64,000 bases of DNA from Eledone cirrhosa. Taxonomy: Eukaryota. Shown one piece after another: positions 42,501 through 55,858 of the stretch. The DNA is taken from the NCBI GenBank assembly GCA_964016885.1, contig OZ024741.1, positions 233,182,001-233,246,000 on the forward strand, written 5' to 3'. Position 1 is the stretch's first letter. Each line of letters begins with the position of its first letter. The position numbers were made by a program, and so were the translations under genes. Under the pieces are notes generated by a model. It did not search any database, was not told the DNA's origin, and saw only the letters and a program-made list of their open reading frames with translations.

Positions 42501-42989
42501 CCTAAGGGAAAATTCCCTAATTTAGTGAATACTATACTATGTGTCGTGGTATAATACTGGAAAGGTCACGACGAAAGGATATTTTATTGTGAAACAAAAT
42601 TGTAAAATACAAAATCTTCATACAGCTATAAAATATGACATACACAAAAAAATATTTACTGCAAACTTTTGAAAAAAATCCTCGTATATATATATATTTA
42701 CTGCAAAAATATTTCACAAAGAAAGCTATAAAATACTAGTTTATTTAATATTTCAAAAACACTTTATTAGTATTTAGACACTGAAAAAGGTCGTAGAGAT
42801 TTTTGAAATTAACAGAATAAATTACAATTAAAAAGATTAGAGAACAATTACCTAATTAGATTTGTATCGGAACACTGTCTACGGCTTGTGGTAGATAGAT
42901 CTCAGAAAAGAGTTAGTAGAAATTGTCAGTTAATGATTTATATTAGATAATCAAACTTAAATATGAGTTTCTAATTTAGTCCCAAACAA

Positions 42990-43130
42990 CTAAGCGGCTC
43001 TATATTATACTGGCCCCGAAGGAGGAAAGGTAAATTTAATCCCTGTGGGATAAGAATTCAGAATGTACAGAGCCAGAACAATTATCACAATAATATTTTA
43101 TCCAACACTCTACGAATTCAGCTAATCCAC
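42990..43130 (-). mobile_element. Old diverged copy of the tRNA-SINE
   Basis: gaaggaggaaaggtaaatttaatcc..gggataagaattcagaatgta...gctaatccac. Confidence 0.55.
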
Positions 43131-43584
43131 TATCTTTCGGAAGCACTTATTGACTAATGCGTATATATGACGGCTTTAGTCATGGTGTAGTTTAGTGCAT
43201 CAGGAAACATATGGTATATTGTGTACCACGGTCTCTGGTGAGAGAAACTAGTTGCATACTGGCAAATGAAACCAACATTCACACACAATTACATACATAT
43301 ACACACATAAATGCATATATTTGTGTTTAATACAATAACAGAGATAACTTTAAGCTAAACTCCGACTGGTAACCATCTCACTCAACAAACATTAGGTTAT
43401 ACGTTAGTATAAACTTAATTTAAGTGTTTGGGGTGCTAACTATATGTATTTTGTGGAAAGCCAGTTGTATTATTTTATATGAGATATAATTAAAGTTAAA
43501 ATATATCTCTCTTTCCAAACAATTGTTTCATTATAAGTTTTCTACAAGTTGGGAGAATGTTTCCAGTTTATGTAGAAGCCTAAC

Positions 43585-43680
<96 letters not shown>

Positions 43681-43784
43681 AATATTTGCTCTACGGTTCT
43701 TATATATTTGATATATATTTATCCTTATCTTGGATTTTAGTCTTCAAATTTATTATTATTACTATATATATATATATATAATAT

Positions 43785-44028
43785 ATATAATTGAATAAAC
43801 AAGAGAGATGAACACTAATATAAACATAGTTATGTTCGAATCACAAGGACCAAATTATTTGCTAGGGTCAATATAGTTCTGTTATTTTTTTTTATTTTTC
43901 TTAATTTAATATTTAACAAACTATATTGTTGTAGTTAGTATTTTTTCACCCTAGCAAATTTGGTCCTTACGATTCGAACACATGTATATTTATATTAGTG
44001 TTCATCTCTCTTGTTTATTCAATTATAT
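43785..44028. repeat. Fold-back element beside (TA)n (arms ~85 bp)
   Basis: aattgaataaacaagagagatgaacactaatataaa...gctagggt / accctagc...tttatattagtgttcatctctcttgtttattcaatt. Confidence 0.85.
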
Positions 44029-44301
44029 TGTACGGCTCGGAAAAGCTTTTTTCTTAGAGCTATTTAATTGTAAGAGACTACTCTGAGTTCTTAACTCAAT
44101 ATATATATATATATTAGTAAAAAGGAAAAGAAAATGCTGACAAATTTTTCCCAGTGAAAAATAGTTTAATTAGGAATAAGTATAAATTAGTAATAAGTAT
44201 TGGTTAGTATTCAGTTTTAGTTTTAAGTTTTTACCGGTTGCGCATTTCTAACGCTTTTCAAAAATAATTTTGAGATAGAGCGCTCGTGATGTTTGCTCTA
44301 A

Positions 44302-44352
<51 letters not shown>

Positions 44353-44393
44353 GATATTAATAAATGGAAACTATATTTATATAAAACCATATT

Positions 44394-44458
44394 TATTTCA
44401 TTATACATATTTCAGGGATACGAAATTAAATTATGGTATGCCTTCATCAGACAAAATA
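44394..44458 (-). ncRNA. Type I hammerhead ribozyme (left arm)
   Basis: Reverse complement of 44617-44681. Confidence 0.7.
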
Positions 44459-44616
44459 CAATATATAACAGTTTTACAAATAAGCTTTGACGTACCCTTT
44501 TAAAATGCAACCATTATTTTTGGAAGCCATCCGGATAGTTTCGGATGGCTTCCAAAAATAATGGTTGCATTTTAAAAGGGTACGTCAAAGCTTATTTGTA
44601 AAACTGTTATATATTG

Positions 44617-44681
44617 TATTTTGTCTGATGAAGGCATACCATAATTTAATTTGGTATCCCTGAAATATGTATAATGAAATA
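44617..44681 (+). ncRNA. Type I hammerhead ribozyme (right arm)
   Basis: tattttgt-CTGATGA-agg-catacca..tggtat-ccct-GAAA-tatgta-TA-atgaaata. Confidence 0.75.
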
Positions 44682-44720
44682 AATATGGTTTTATAAATAT
44701 AGTTTCCATTTATTAATATC

Positions 44721-44780
<60 letters not shown>

Positions 44781-44849
44781 ACTAGAAATTGATTGACATA
44801 TAAATAAACATATGAAACAATCACAGGGGATAATTTGTAAAAGTGTGTT

Positions 44850-45400
44850 AATTTGTGGTCAGTGAGAAGATGTTTTGGGTATGCATCATTCTGGTATCTC
44901 TGTTGCTGGTGGGAGGTTGTTTTAAGGGTAATTAGAAACTTTCATCTACGACAACGCCCACCCGCCCTGCATACGTTTATGGCAGGTGGGACCAAGGTGC
45001 TTCCCACGGAATATCTGGGCGATTGGTTTCAAATTGGTCAACGGTACCAGCGAAACATTAAGTCGGTTTTCCTGTCGACTGATATCGCAGTTTGTCACAA
45101 TTTATACAATCTCCCATGGAGGAAAAGTTGCCATTATCAGCCCTTGGAATGGTTAGTGGGTTCCCTGTGCAGGATACTCCATCTGATGTTGGATGTGCCG
45201 TTCTTTTAGTTTCCGAACTTCAAGAGGAAACAGGACATAAAGGTGGTGTTTTCCTTGTTTCTATCCTTAAACTAGTTCATATGTAGGTTAACTCTGCTAT
45301 TGAAGTACGTGACTCCATAGGCCACAGCCTTTGGGATACAAGATCTCATCAGAGTAAATTAGCTAAGTTTCAATAGTTAGGGGTTAATTGAATATATCTT
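44850..45400 (-). mobile_element. Decayed PLE GIY-YIG C-terminal remnant
   Basis: HMN*FKDRNKENTTFMS...NIRWSILHR parallels NHKHSFSNPDKKIST...SISWSKLKK of the 26.6-kb PLE. Confidence 0.55.
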
Positions 45401-46399
45401 TAGTGAATGACAAAATCACGATTCTTGTAGGTTTCTAGCCCTAGCTAGTTGGGGTGAAGGTCATATATGATGTGCGTACACTGTTTCATCATTAGATTTC
45501 TTATAGATATAGTGTTTGCCTATCAAAGCTGGGAATACACAATAGAGACTCCCAGCTTTGATCAGTTTCATTCCTTTCCACTAGTTTACTGCATAAACAG
45601 TTCATTAAAAACTGTCTTTCATTAATTAAATATATTTGGGCACTGTGTTGTTCAGAGGAGAAAGTGTGAAAATTTGAATGAAGAAATACAGGAAGAAAGA
45701 GTGAATGGGAAAGAGTGAGTGAGAGCGAGGGAGTGAGTGATGGAGAGTGAATGAGAAAGAGCTGTCTTTTACACAACAACAGTAGTCGTCGTAATAGTTG
45801 TGGTAAACTTGAGTAGAAACCAAATATTGAAGATTTCAATGGATATATTTATTAGAAATTATAATTGACGTTTTCTTATTCATTTCAGGAATAAATCAAA
45901 TTCACTTCAAAGAGTCGCATAAAAGGCCATCTTGAAAGTTATATAGCACTTACATTAAAATTTTATGTGTGAATATGTATAATTAACGTAATTCTCGGGG
46001 TGATTCAGCGTGACAGTGTATAACAAAGCTGGCATTTTAAATTACAGGGGGATGTACTGTTTTTTCTTACGAGTTGCTTCCCTTGTTGTGTATATAAACA
46101 TTCTATTTATTTGGTTATGAATAGTTTAATGTGAGTTACCTCCCTTGTTTGAGTTATCTGGAGTTGATTTTTGTTTTTTTCGTTTGTTTTGATTAGTTAA
46201 TGAAATTAAGCAGTTTCATTCACTAGTCGAAACTAGATCAACGAGATATTAAAGTATGCATATAATGAGACTTAATATACCTTAGTACCAGGATGGCATC
46301 TATCTTAATACGCATTAAAATATGTTTCTGTGATCACCAGTCAGCTAGTGGAGTAGTAAGTGCTGCTTTCCTGCTAGTTTGTTGAAAGGTGGGAGGGAG

Positions 46400-46710
46400 A
46401 GGCAAGAATGGACTGTGTCAATGGGCCCTCCCTGAGCGTGTGCCTGTAGTAGTGAAGGAGGACAACTTGGAGAGGGCGCTTGCCCTAACGATCAGGGTGA
46501 CCGCGACTTTTGTGGGCTTTCTCCACGAGTAACCCTTGGAGTCTCCTCACCTTTGGGGAATTTGTTGTTTGTTTTGTTTTGTTTTTGTTTTGTTTTTTTA
46601 TTTTCTTAATCTCTGTTATGAATTTATTTTACACAAAAAAGCACACTGTATTGTCCTGCAACGTCTTTTTTCTCCTTAATGTGAGCCCTGTGTAGCTAAT
46701 AAAAAAAAAT
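46400..46710 (+). mobile_element. Tx1-type LINE 3' end/UTR
   Basis: Matches 47390-47690; ends ctgtgtagctaataaa followed by (ATC/ATT)n. Confidence 0.75.
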
Positions 46711-46859
46711 CATCATTACAATTATTATTCGGGGACTGGAATGTAGTCAGGCGCTCACAGCCCTCGACCAAGCGAGCGATGCGATCGGTGGAAACTCCAC
46801 CTTGGCGTTCTATAGAGCGTTAGTGAAGTGAAAGAGCGACGACATCCTTGAGGACACTC

Positions 46860-47697
46860 TGGGCGTCGATGAAAATCAACTAGCAAATCTCTTCGGGAGA
46901 ACTTTCGGGCCAGGGCCCATGGACAACTTCCAGAAATCCCTGGCATGGCAGTACTACCGAGCAGATGTACCAGTTCGGGATAATATCTACAGGCGTAGAA
47001 GTACCATCAATCGGGCCTGTCTGAGATGCGCACAGGGTGACGAAACCGTTCTGCATGCACTCGTTGTGTGTCCGAGTATTGCTGACCTGTGGGTTTGTGT
47101 CGAGCACCTGCTGTCACGTGTAGGACGATCCGACTATCAACTGAGTCCATTGTGAAGATCGCCCCTCTGTCCTCATTTGGTTCAGGAAGGACAGGCAGTT
47201 TTTATCTGCCTGGTGGCCATGGCGAAAGAATTCGTGTGGTGGACGCGTTTGAAAGGGTTGAAGACAGCCGTCTTCCTCTTTGGCGAAGTCCTGATTAACT
47301 TTTTTAGATTTCACTTGAAGAGGAAAATCAGGGTAGAGAAGGAAGTGCTGCCTTCCGACCAGTTTGTTGAAGGGTAGGTGAGAGTGGCGAGCATGGTCCG
47401 TGTAAATAGGCCTGCCTTGAGCATACACTTGTAGATTGGAGTAGAAATACTGGGAGAGGGCACTTTGCCCTAGCGGACAGGGTAACCGTGGCTTTTGTGA
47501 GATTTCTACACGAGTGACCCTTAGAGTCACCTGAACTTTGGGGAAGTTGTTATGTTTGTTTTAAATGTTTATTTTCTTAGTCTCTTTTATAAATTTTATT
47601 TTACACAAGGAAAAACCCACACTGTATTATCCTGTATCGTCTTTAATGTTTCCTCAATGTGAACCCTGTGTGGCTAATAAAGAAATCATTATTATCA
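46860..47697 (+). mobile_element. Tx1-type LINE ORF2 C-terminus (zinc-finger region) + 3'UTR
   Basis: MDNFQKSLAWQ, CLRCAQGDETVLHALVVC, AMAKEFVWWTRLK; ends gtggctaataaagaaatcattatt. Confidence 0.88.
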
Positions 47698-47792
47698 TTG
47701 AGGTTAGCTTTGCCTTTGATCCTTACGGAGTCGATAAAATAAAGCACCAATAATGCACTAATGTAATTGCAGGCCTTATGCCAAAAGTAGAA
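47698..47792 (+). mobile_element. 5'-truncated SINE copy
   Basis: ctttgcctttgatccttacggagtcgataaaataaagcacc...gtagaaa. Confidence 0.8.
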
Positions 47793-48109
47793 ATTTTTTT
47801 TTTTTCTTGGCTTCTCAGTCATTGATGTTATTTAACTGGAAAGTTTGTTCAAATGAACATCAAGCCTCTACCTACAGCCTCAGATATTCACGACGTATCG
47901 GAGGTTCTTGCTGTTCCCAGCAAGTATGCCTTTTGAAGTGTTCTAAAAAAGGGGCTTAATATTTTTTTTTTTTTTTTTTCATCGGTCCTAACCTTTCCTT
48001 CAAGTTCTTTAACCCTTTGCGCGTGGGAATATCTCATCTACAACGGAACCCCTTAGGGACTTTCGTGACATCTAAATTTTAAACATTTAATTTTTATCGC
48101 AGTCAAAAT

Positions 48110-49380
48110 GTTAACATGGATACCACAAGCGCAAAAGGTGAGAGCAGTAGTACTTCACATAGAGAAGAGAGCGACGTTGCTCCTGTCAAAATGTAAGCAC
48201 AAAGTAACAACGCTATTTCAAACAATGTGGTTTCAAATAACGAAAGTTGCTTGGATGAAAATAGCGATAACATGAATAATATGAACAACAGCAATAAAAA
48301 CAACAACAATAATAACACTGAAAGCAGCGATAACAAGAAAAACAAGATCAGCGAAAACAACAACAAAAACTAGAAAATTGAAATCAGCAATAACAAACAC
48401 AACTATAAAATTGAAAATAACAACAACAACAGCAGCAGCAACAACAACAACAACAACAACAACACAACAACAACAACAATGAGCCATGCGGTAAACCAGC
48501 CAAAAATGCCAGCACTAGCGGTAAGATATCTTTCACTAGCGCTACGAAATCTTCCTTCTAAAAAGTAACTTACTCTGAAGAGGTACAATAGGCTAGAGGA
48601 ATGGTGGAAAGAGCCGTCCCTATTGCCAGCCTCAACACCCCAGTTGAGGTGACATATGGTTGGTTTAAAAGCAAGAGAGTCACTGAGGTTCAATATAAAA
48701 CGCTTTAGGCTTCGTATGGAACCTAAAAACTTACAACCAAAGGGATGTGGGTTTGGGCACGATGGAAGTGAGATTTGCGACAGAACAGGAAGCAAGATCT
48801 CACTTCCTAAAATCCCTACAAGAACACCACCAACAACAACAACAATAGTCACGGCAAAACCAATGCCCACCACTCCAACAAAAAATATCCCCGGTTTCCA
48901 AATAATTCGAATGGAGGATATGACACTCCCCGATTCCAAAAGGTCAGACGTGACAAGCGGTGAGTCTGACCTGGACGAGGAATTGAAAACAGAAATTAAA
49001 AGAAGGAAAGAGGAGAAAAAGAAAAACAAAACAACAAAAATAAAACAAAAAACCTCATCTACACTAAAAGTATAAAGAAAGAAATAAAGACCGCCAGACA
49101 AAAATCACAACAAGCAAACACTACATCACCAACACTGCCACAGACACCCCAAACACGACAACTACAACCTTTAACACAAAAGCAACACAACCCACACACA
49201 ACAACAACAAAAGTAAGCACAACGCAAAGAGACAATCACAATGACTATAAACACAAACAATACATTAAATAAAAACACAGACCCATCAGACATACAGATA
49301 TTACAACACCCACAATACCCGTACCTAAACACATAAAAATCATTCAGACAACACAGAACACATATACAAAGTCCTCAAAC
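48110..49380 (+). mobile_element. Probable LINE ORF1 remnant (Asn/Thr/Lys-rich, degenerate zinc knuckle)
   Basis: (AAC)n-rich coding style like 35.7-36.6 kb; 'KGCGFGHDGSEIC' resembles a decayed CCHC knuckle. Confidence 0.45.
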
Positions 49381-49389
49381 ACTCCTTCC

Positions 49390-50990
49390 AGCGAGTCCTG
49401 TCAGAAGCAACTGTCTCCAATTGATCCGGCTGGATCCCCAAGCGTGACCAGCCAGGCTCATGGATGTTATCCAACTATCTGGCTCAAGGCCTGCTCCTGG
49501 ATCTCCAGCTGGTTGGATTTGCCCGAAAAATCTGTCCAGTGATTCTTTCCTGAGACATTCCTACCACATGACCATAGTATCGGAGATGTGATCTCTCAAT
49601 TCAGAGACTTAGCAGCTCTACGTGGAGTGACTCTCTGATCTCCGAGCTACGCACTTTATTGAATAACATTACTCCAAAGACCCTTTGGAGAAATCCCATT
49701 TCGGCCGCTTGTATTCGCGATCGTATTCTTTCGGTCATGGCCAAGATCCATGACTATAAGGAAAGGTTGGCACGAAAACCGAATTGAAGATAGCGAGTTT
49801 GGCTTTTACGCCTATCTCCCTTTTTCTGATTACTGAATGTTGAAGCTGGAGCATTACTGCACCAGCTTTTGCAATTCTTGAACTTAATTCAGCCTCCTGC
49901 TTTCCATCACCCGTGAACACGGCCTCGAGAGACTTGAACTTCTCAATCTGCTTCAGTGGAACTCCATTTACAGTGTTGGCTTCCTTGGGCGGACGAGTTT
50001 CCCAGTTTATGCAGCACTGATTTTCATTCCAGCCATGCACCACTCGGCATTACACCTATCAAGTGCAAGTCGAAGATCATCTTCTGTCGAGTTATGTAAC
50101 ATGTCTTCTGCAAATTCCAGCCGACTGATTTTACATCCGCTAGTCATTATACCACTTCCAACCCGGTTGCGCATGTCAGTCTTGTCCATGTACATAATGG
50201 ACAGGAGAGTTGACAGTACGCACCCTTAGCGGAGTTCGACTCCAACATTGAATGGTTTCGATTTAACACCACTTATCCGAACACAAATACTCGGGCATTT
50301 GTATAGAGACATCAGGGCAGCAAGAAGCTGATCACCAAACCTATACTCCTGCACAGCCTTCCACAGCAGGTCCCGAGGAACGAGGTCATATGCCTTCTTA
50401 ATGTCGACAAAACAAGAATATACTTCTTGGCAATACTCTCACGATTTCTTGAATACCTGCCGCAGGGAGAATCACTCCCGATTGCCATTGCTTAGGTGTT
50501 TTTTCAGATATCCAGGCCACCCAGCACACACATGTCAGCCAGGGAATACCTTCTCTATTTAAGGCTTTTATCATCTCGAGCCTGATTTCATCTTTCCCAG
50601 AGGCTTTACCACATTTGAGCTTCTTAACCGATCTTGCGACCTCAGCCTCTGAGAGATTAGTCACCGCTCCCAGATGCTCTTCGTCTACATCCGAAGATGC
50701 TGTTGTGATCGGGTTAAAGAGATCAGCAAAGTATTCTCTCCACCTTACGAGGATGCACCTCTCTGAAAAGAGGAGAACCGAACCCCAGGCGCGTTCTTGA
50801 TAGCAGGTGTGGAGGAGGGCTTCTTATTACGAAGTCGGGGGATGATCTGCCAAAACACTTTATTTGCTGATCTGAAGTCGGATTCCAGCACCATATTGAT
50901 GCCGAGCTTAGCGCGGACACTTGATCGCCATAGTTTACCACGACCCCAATTCTCAAACCGACCAACCAACCAAACTTCCTAGTAGCTAGA
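49390..50990 (-). mobile_element. RTE-type LINE RT remnant
   Basis: LKCGKASGKDEIRLEM, FVDIKKAYDLVPR, VGVELR*GCVLS, FAED, HGSW. Confidence 0.88.
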
Positions 50991-52494
50991 TTACAGGAGC
51001 ATGCCACCACTCTCAGCAATTCAAACTACCAAAATTTAGTTACTTGAACCTAACTATATTAAATGTAAACTTAATTTATATTTAATTTTGTTATAATTTC
51101 ATGCATTTATCCATGATATTGATTATACACATATGTATATACGATAATAATTAAGAAATAACAATTGTGTTTTTGCAGATTTCACTTTATAAATAAATTA
51201 CGTCTGCCAGTCACCATTTTTGTTGAGGAAGGGGAGTAACTCCATCATTCACTTCAACAAATTCCAATCGGGTGAAGTTGAAAGTTTTCAATTGTTGTTA
51301 AGCCCTCAGTCAGCATTGGTCGAGCTGACCTGTGATCAAGACCGATTAGTGAGGATGTTGGTCAAGGTGTTTACCAGGGAGGGGATGGGCAACCAATATT
51401 TTTTAAAAAAAGAAGAAAAATCACATTCCTGAAAACATTTTTTTGATAAAATATACTGTTTTTGAAATACACTCGTACAATATAGAGTGGTTGGAAGATG
51501 GCTGGAAAGTTAACCTTTTCCTTACCATATTTGTAATGAAAGGCACTGTCTGTGATTTTCAAATGATTTTGAAAATAATTTAGAATTTATATGAATTTAA
51601 TTAATTTTCTCATTATTAAGCTGATGTTTTGAACATAGCTTAACAATGTTTTTTGCATAAAACTGTAAACGGGGTTTTAGATAAATACAAATACATTAAA
51701 ACAAACAGTTTTGTATCACAGAACCAGTGTTTATATATCAAAAGAGTTGAGGAGTTTGTTTCACAATCGTTAGTTCCCATTTTTGGTCTCGCTGCATCCG
51801 GTTATCAACTGAATTCCCCATGGTTGTTACATGCTCATTACTGAAAGAGAGAGAGAGTGAAAGAGAGAGAAAAAATAATGTGGATCTCAATAGAAAGGGT
51901 CTTGAGAAAAGGGAGTGATGGCTACCAGTGTTGAAGGTGTTGGGGTGAAAAGGAGAAGTAAATTCATAAGATTGGAGGCAGGAGGGTGCATTGGATATAT
52001 ATAGGAATAAAACTCAGTCAATATGTGGGCGGCATAAGCAGTTAATAGGTGTGAACCCCAGACAACGGTGTGGGGATCTCCAAATATCCCTAATTTTATA
52101 AGCATTGTGGTACAGTGAAAGGGGTTGGTACAGCAATAACACCCGGCTGACTCAATCGATCATGTTGAAACAAGTATGTATGTGCAGCCAAGGTTATAAC
52201 CAACAAGCCTATATACATCAGGTGCTGCGTTACCATGTCGTACATAGGAAAATCAGTACTCTTACTTTTAGAACAAACCTCGTATAATTACACATAAGAA
52301 TAAATCTAAGAGTGCACAAGCAGACATAAACCCACTCCTGATGAAATACAGGAATAGAATAACTATTTAGTGACGGGTAAAGACAATGAAAAATAGAAAG
52401 ATACACACAGAGAAACAGATACATACAAAGACACAAACACACATGAGAATATTAACAACAACAACAAAGCACACAAATTCCAATAACTGTCCGA

Positions 52495-52516
52495 AGATAG
52501 ATAGAGAGAGAGAGAT

Positions 52517-52609
<93 letters not shown>

Positions 52610-52750
52610 GAGAGAGAGAAAGAGGGGGACAGGGAGAGAGAGAGAGAAAGAGAGGGAGAGAGGGAGAGGGGGGGATAGAGGGACATGGGGGAGAGATAGA
52701 GATAGAGATAGAGAGATAGATAGACATATAGAGAGAGGGAGAGATATAGG
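52495..52750. repeat. (GA)n microsatellite
   Basis: Direct reading. Confidence 0.95.
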
Positions 52751-52840
52751 GAAATAAATAGCTAGAGAAGGATATATATATATATAAATCAATAAAAATA
52801 ACAGGAGGCTGGACTGGTGTAAATCCTTGAAAGGTTTATT

Positions 52841-52898
52841 ATACTATGATCATTTCAATGACCGGGTTCTATATGAATCCAGTGATTTCATCAGGTAT
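52841..52898 (-). ncRNA. Type I hammerhead ribozyme (family A, left arm)
   Basis: atac-CTGATGA...GAAA-tgatca-TA-gtat on the minus strand. Confidence 0.75.
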
Positions 52899-53003
52899 TC
52901 GAAATATAACAAAGGAATATGTAAAAACCATGGGTCCGAAAAATCAGAGACAGAGAGGACAACTGACCAACTAGCTGCCTTCACCTCGGCCAGTCGCGTT
53001 TGA

Positions 53004-53061
53004 GTACCTGATGAAATCACCGGATTCATATGGAACCCGGTCATTGAAATGATCATAGTAT
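53004..53061 (+). ncRNA. Type I hammerhead ribozyme (family A, right arm)
   Basis: gtac-CTGATGA-aatcaccggattcatatggaacccggtcatt-GAAA-tgatca-TA-gtat. Confidence 0.78.
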
Positions 53062-53247
53062 AATAAACCTTTCAAGGATTTACACCAGTCCAGCCTCCTG
53101 TTATTTTTATTGATAATTAACTCCGTATTCGCACCACCAACTACACAAACGAAGACGCGTGAACTGCACTACGTTGAATACTCTCCACAATATTACACCA
53201 AGATTGACCATACGGAATTCTATCCAGTGGTGAACCAACAAACCTAA

Positions 53248-53325
<78 letters not shown>

Positions 53326-53490
53326 AAATGTGTGAGATCCTTAGTACAGTGAGGTATATTTGAAAAAAAGGAAAAAATGACTTCACTTGTAGTTCTAAAT
53401 AATTTCATTTAATTTTATATTATAATATTATAAAATTAAATCTAATTATTTAGACCTACAAGTGAAGTCATTCTTTTCCATTTTTCCAAA

Positions 53491-53565
<75 letters not shown>

Positions 53566-53624
53566 ATAGATAGACAGACAGACAAACAGCGAGACAGATA
53601 GATAGATAGATAGATAGATAGATA

Positions 53625-55379
53625 TGTTTCTTTATTAGCCACAGGGGCACAAGAGAAGGGGACAAATACAAAGGGGGGAAGTTTACATACACTAAAAATG
53701 TGTAAAATATTATCACAAATGCAATTTAAAAATTAGTCGATTTTCCCCCGATAGGGGGAAATATTACATATGGGTAACACATACCCCCGAAAAAAAATGT
53801 GCAACCCTCATCTCCAGGAGTACGAAGAGTTTGTACTCCGTTCCTCTCCTGCTCTTTTTCCTCAACCTACAGGCTGATATAGAGAGAAGGCCCATTCACT
53901 CGGGCCATTCTCGCCACTTTCACCCACCTTTCATAAAACTTGCTGGGGTACAGCACTTCTCTCTCCACCCTGATTCTTCTTCCAAAGTGGTATTTGAAAA
54001 AAAGAATCAGTTGTTGGCCGGAGAGAAAGGTGTCTGACCTCAGCCGTTTCAACCTTGTCCACCATACAACCTCTTTCGCCATAGCTATCACACAAAGGAA
54101 AACCGCCTCTCCTTCGTTTTTGAAGGAGGGTGGCGGTTTGATCATGACAATGGACTCGGTGGTCAACTGGATTGGTCCCACTCGCGACAATAGTCGTTCT
54201 ACATAGCCCCACAGGTCGGTGACGCCCGGGCAGTGTATAAATGAGTGCGCGACGATTTCTTCGTCTCGCACGCACCTCGGACAGATCTTTTTTGCAGGGT
54301 CCCTGCCCGAGCGCCCATGTCTGCAGAGCTTGTCTCGAACTGGTAGAGCTCCTCGGTAGCACTGCCAGGCTAGGGACTTTTGGAAGTTGTCCATCGGTCC
54401 CGGGCGGAAGGTCCTACCGAACAGACTGGCCAGTTCGTCTTCCTCTACGCCTAGAGTTTTACAGAGCGCGTCGTCGCACTTGCTGCGGATCAACCCTCTA
54501 TAGAATGACGAAGTGGAGTCTCCACTGATCGCCGGGTCCGCCTGCCAGAGGGCTGTGAGCGCCTGAGCACATTCGATGTGCCAGTCGCCCATTTTGCTCG
54601 GTCTTTCCTTGACCCAGGACTGCAGCTCGGTCAGCGAGACGAGTCGTGGGAATGCTCGCCTCACGAACGGGGCCCCCACCGGTTGTCCGATGAGGAATAC
54701 GTAGAGGTGCCGCAGCCTGAGTGCGTGTTTGCGCATCGTCAGCCACGGCAACCCCAGCCCTCCGTTGTAAGTGTGTTGGCAGCAGATGAATCTTCTCACC
54801 AAAGGAGCCCGCTTCTTCCAAAGGAATTGGAAGAGTGTGCGCTCCATTTTGGTGAGCGTTTTGGCTGGACAAGGCACGATGGATAAGTAGTAGTAGATGA
54901 CGGACGCTATAAAAGTGTTCGCCACCTCCGCTCGACCTTTCAAGGATAGTTTGCACTCGGCCCACTTCTGGGTGAGTGCAAACACCTTGGCCGTCACCTC
55001 GTTCCAGTTCTTCTCCACCTGGAGGTCCGGACCAAACCAGACCCCGAGCAGCTTTACCGGTCCTTCCGTCCAGCGTCCGACGACGCCATCGGAAGACATC
55101 GGTTTGTTTCTCCACGATCCGAGTTGCAAACCGATGGACTTGTCCCGGTTCAGCTTCGCTCCTGTGAACCTTTCGTATTCCTTCAGTAAGGTGCCAACTT
55201 CCTCGATTTGCAAGGTGCTCGACACCATTACTGTCAGGTCGTCGGCGTAGGCCGACGCCGCTTTCCGTAGTCCCGGTTCCAGAGGGATGCCCTGCAATAG
55301 CTCCAACTTCCGCAGTAGTGGCTCGAGAGTCAGTACGTTCAGAAGGGAGGAGAGAGGGAATCCCTGTCGAATGGAACGA
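53625..55379 (-). mobile_element. L1/Tx1-type LINE, 5'-truncated; open 479-aa ORF2 C-terminal part (RT YADD to zinc finger)
   Basis: SIRQGFPLSPLL, AYADD, KLLGVWF, GGLGL, CPRC..DEEIVAHSFIHC. Flanked by (GATA)n. Confidence 0.93.
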
Positions 55380-55384
55380 TAGAC

Positions 55385-55451
<67 letters not shown>

Positions 55452-55452
<1 letters not shown>

Positions 55453-55858
55453 TTCTTTATTAGCCACAAGGGCGCAACAAGAAAGGGGACAACACAAAGA
55501 CATGCCGGGGATTTTACATACAGTCGTGTAAAAAATATAAAAACAAACAATTTCAACAATCGAAATCCCCAATAGGGGGGAGGCGCCACAAATGGGTTGT
55601 TTAATACCCCGTCGATAGAACAACCCTCAACTCAAGGAGCGTGTTGTGCAAGTGCTCCTTTCTTCCTTTTGCTCTCTTCCTCAACCTACAGGCTTATAAA
55701 CAGAGAAGGCCCAATCACTCGGGCCATTTTCGCTTCATTCACCCACCTTTCAGTAAATTTACTGGGGTGCAGTGCCTTTCTCTCCACCCTGATTCTCCTT
55801 CTAAAGTGATACTTAAAGAATGGAATCAATTGTTGTCCGGAGAGAAAGGCATCTGTCC
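55452..55858 (-). mobile_element. Second Tx1-type 3' end in tandem
   Basis: FLSGQQLIPFFKYHFRRRIRVERKALHPSKF; ends gtggctaataaagaa-(atct)n. Confidence 0.9.

Larger units (their letters stand above)
44351..44722. mobile_element. Near-perfect ~370-bp palindrome between (TA)n tracts, carrying two divergent hammerheads
   Basis: Centre ~44537 (gccatccg-gatagttt-cggatggc). I see only one substitution and one 2-bp indel between the arms. Confidence 0.9.
52788..53268. mobile_element. Family A hammerhead element as a head-to-head inverted dimer (arms 52788-52902 / 53000-53114) in (TA)n
   Basis: atcaataaaaataacaggaggctggactggtgtaaatcc... is mirrored; (TA)n on both sides. Confidence 0.88.

Noticed and set aside
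45344-45352. CTGATGA on the minus strand
   Set aside because: No downstream GAAA or stem architecture.
46190-46245. Hairpin followed by GAAACTAGATC, like a hammerhead 3' half
   Set aside because: No CTGANGA box upstream.
51830-52230. Possible LINE 3' remnant on the minus strand
   Set aside because: Only vague peptide similarity, with no diagnostic motif.
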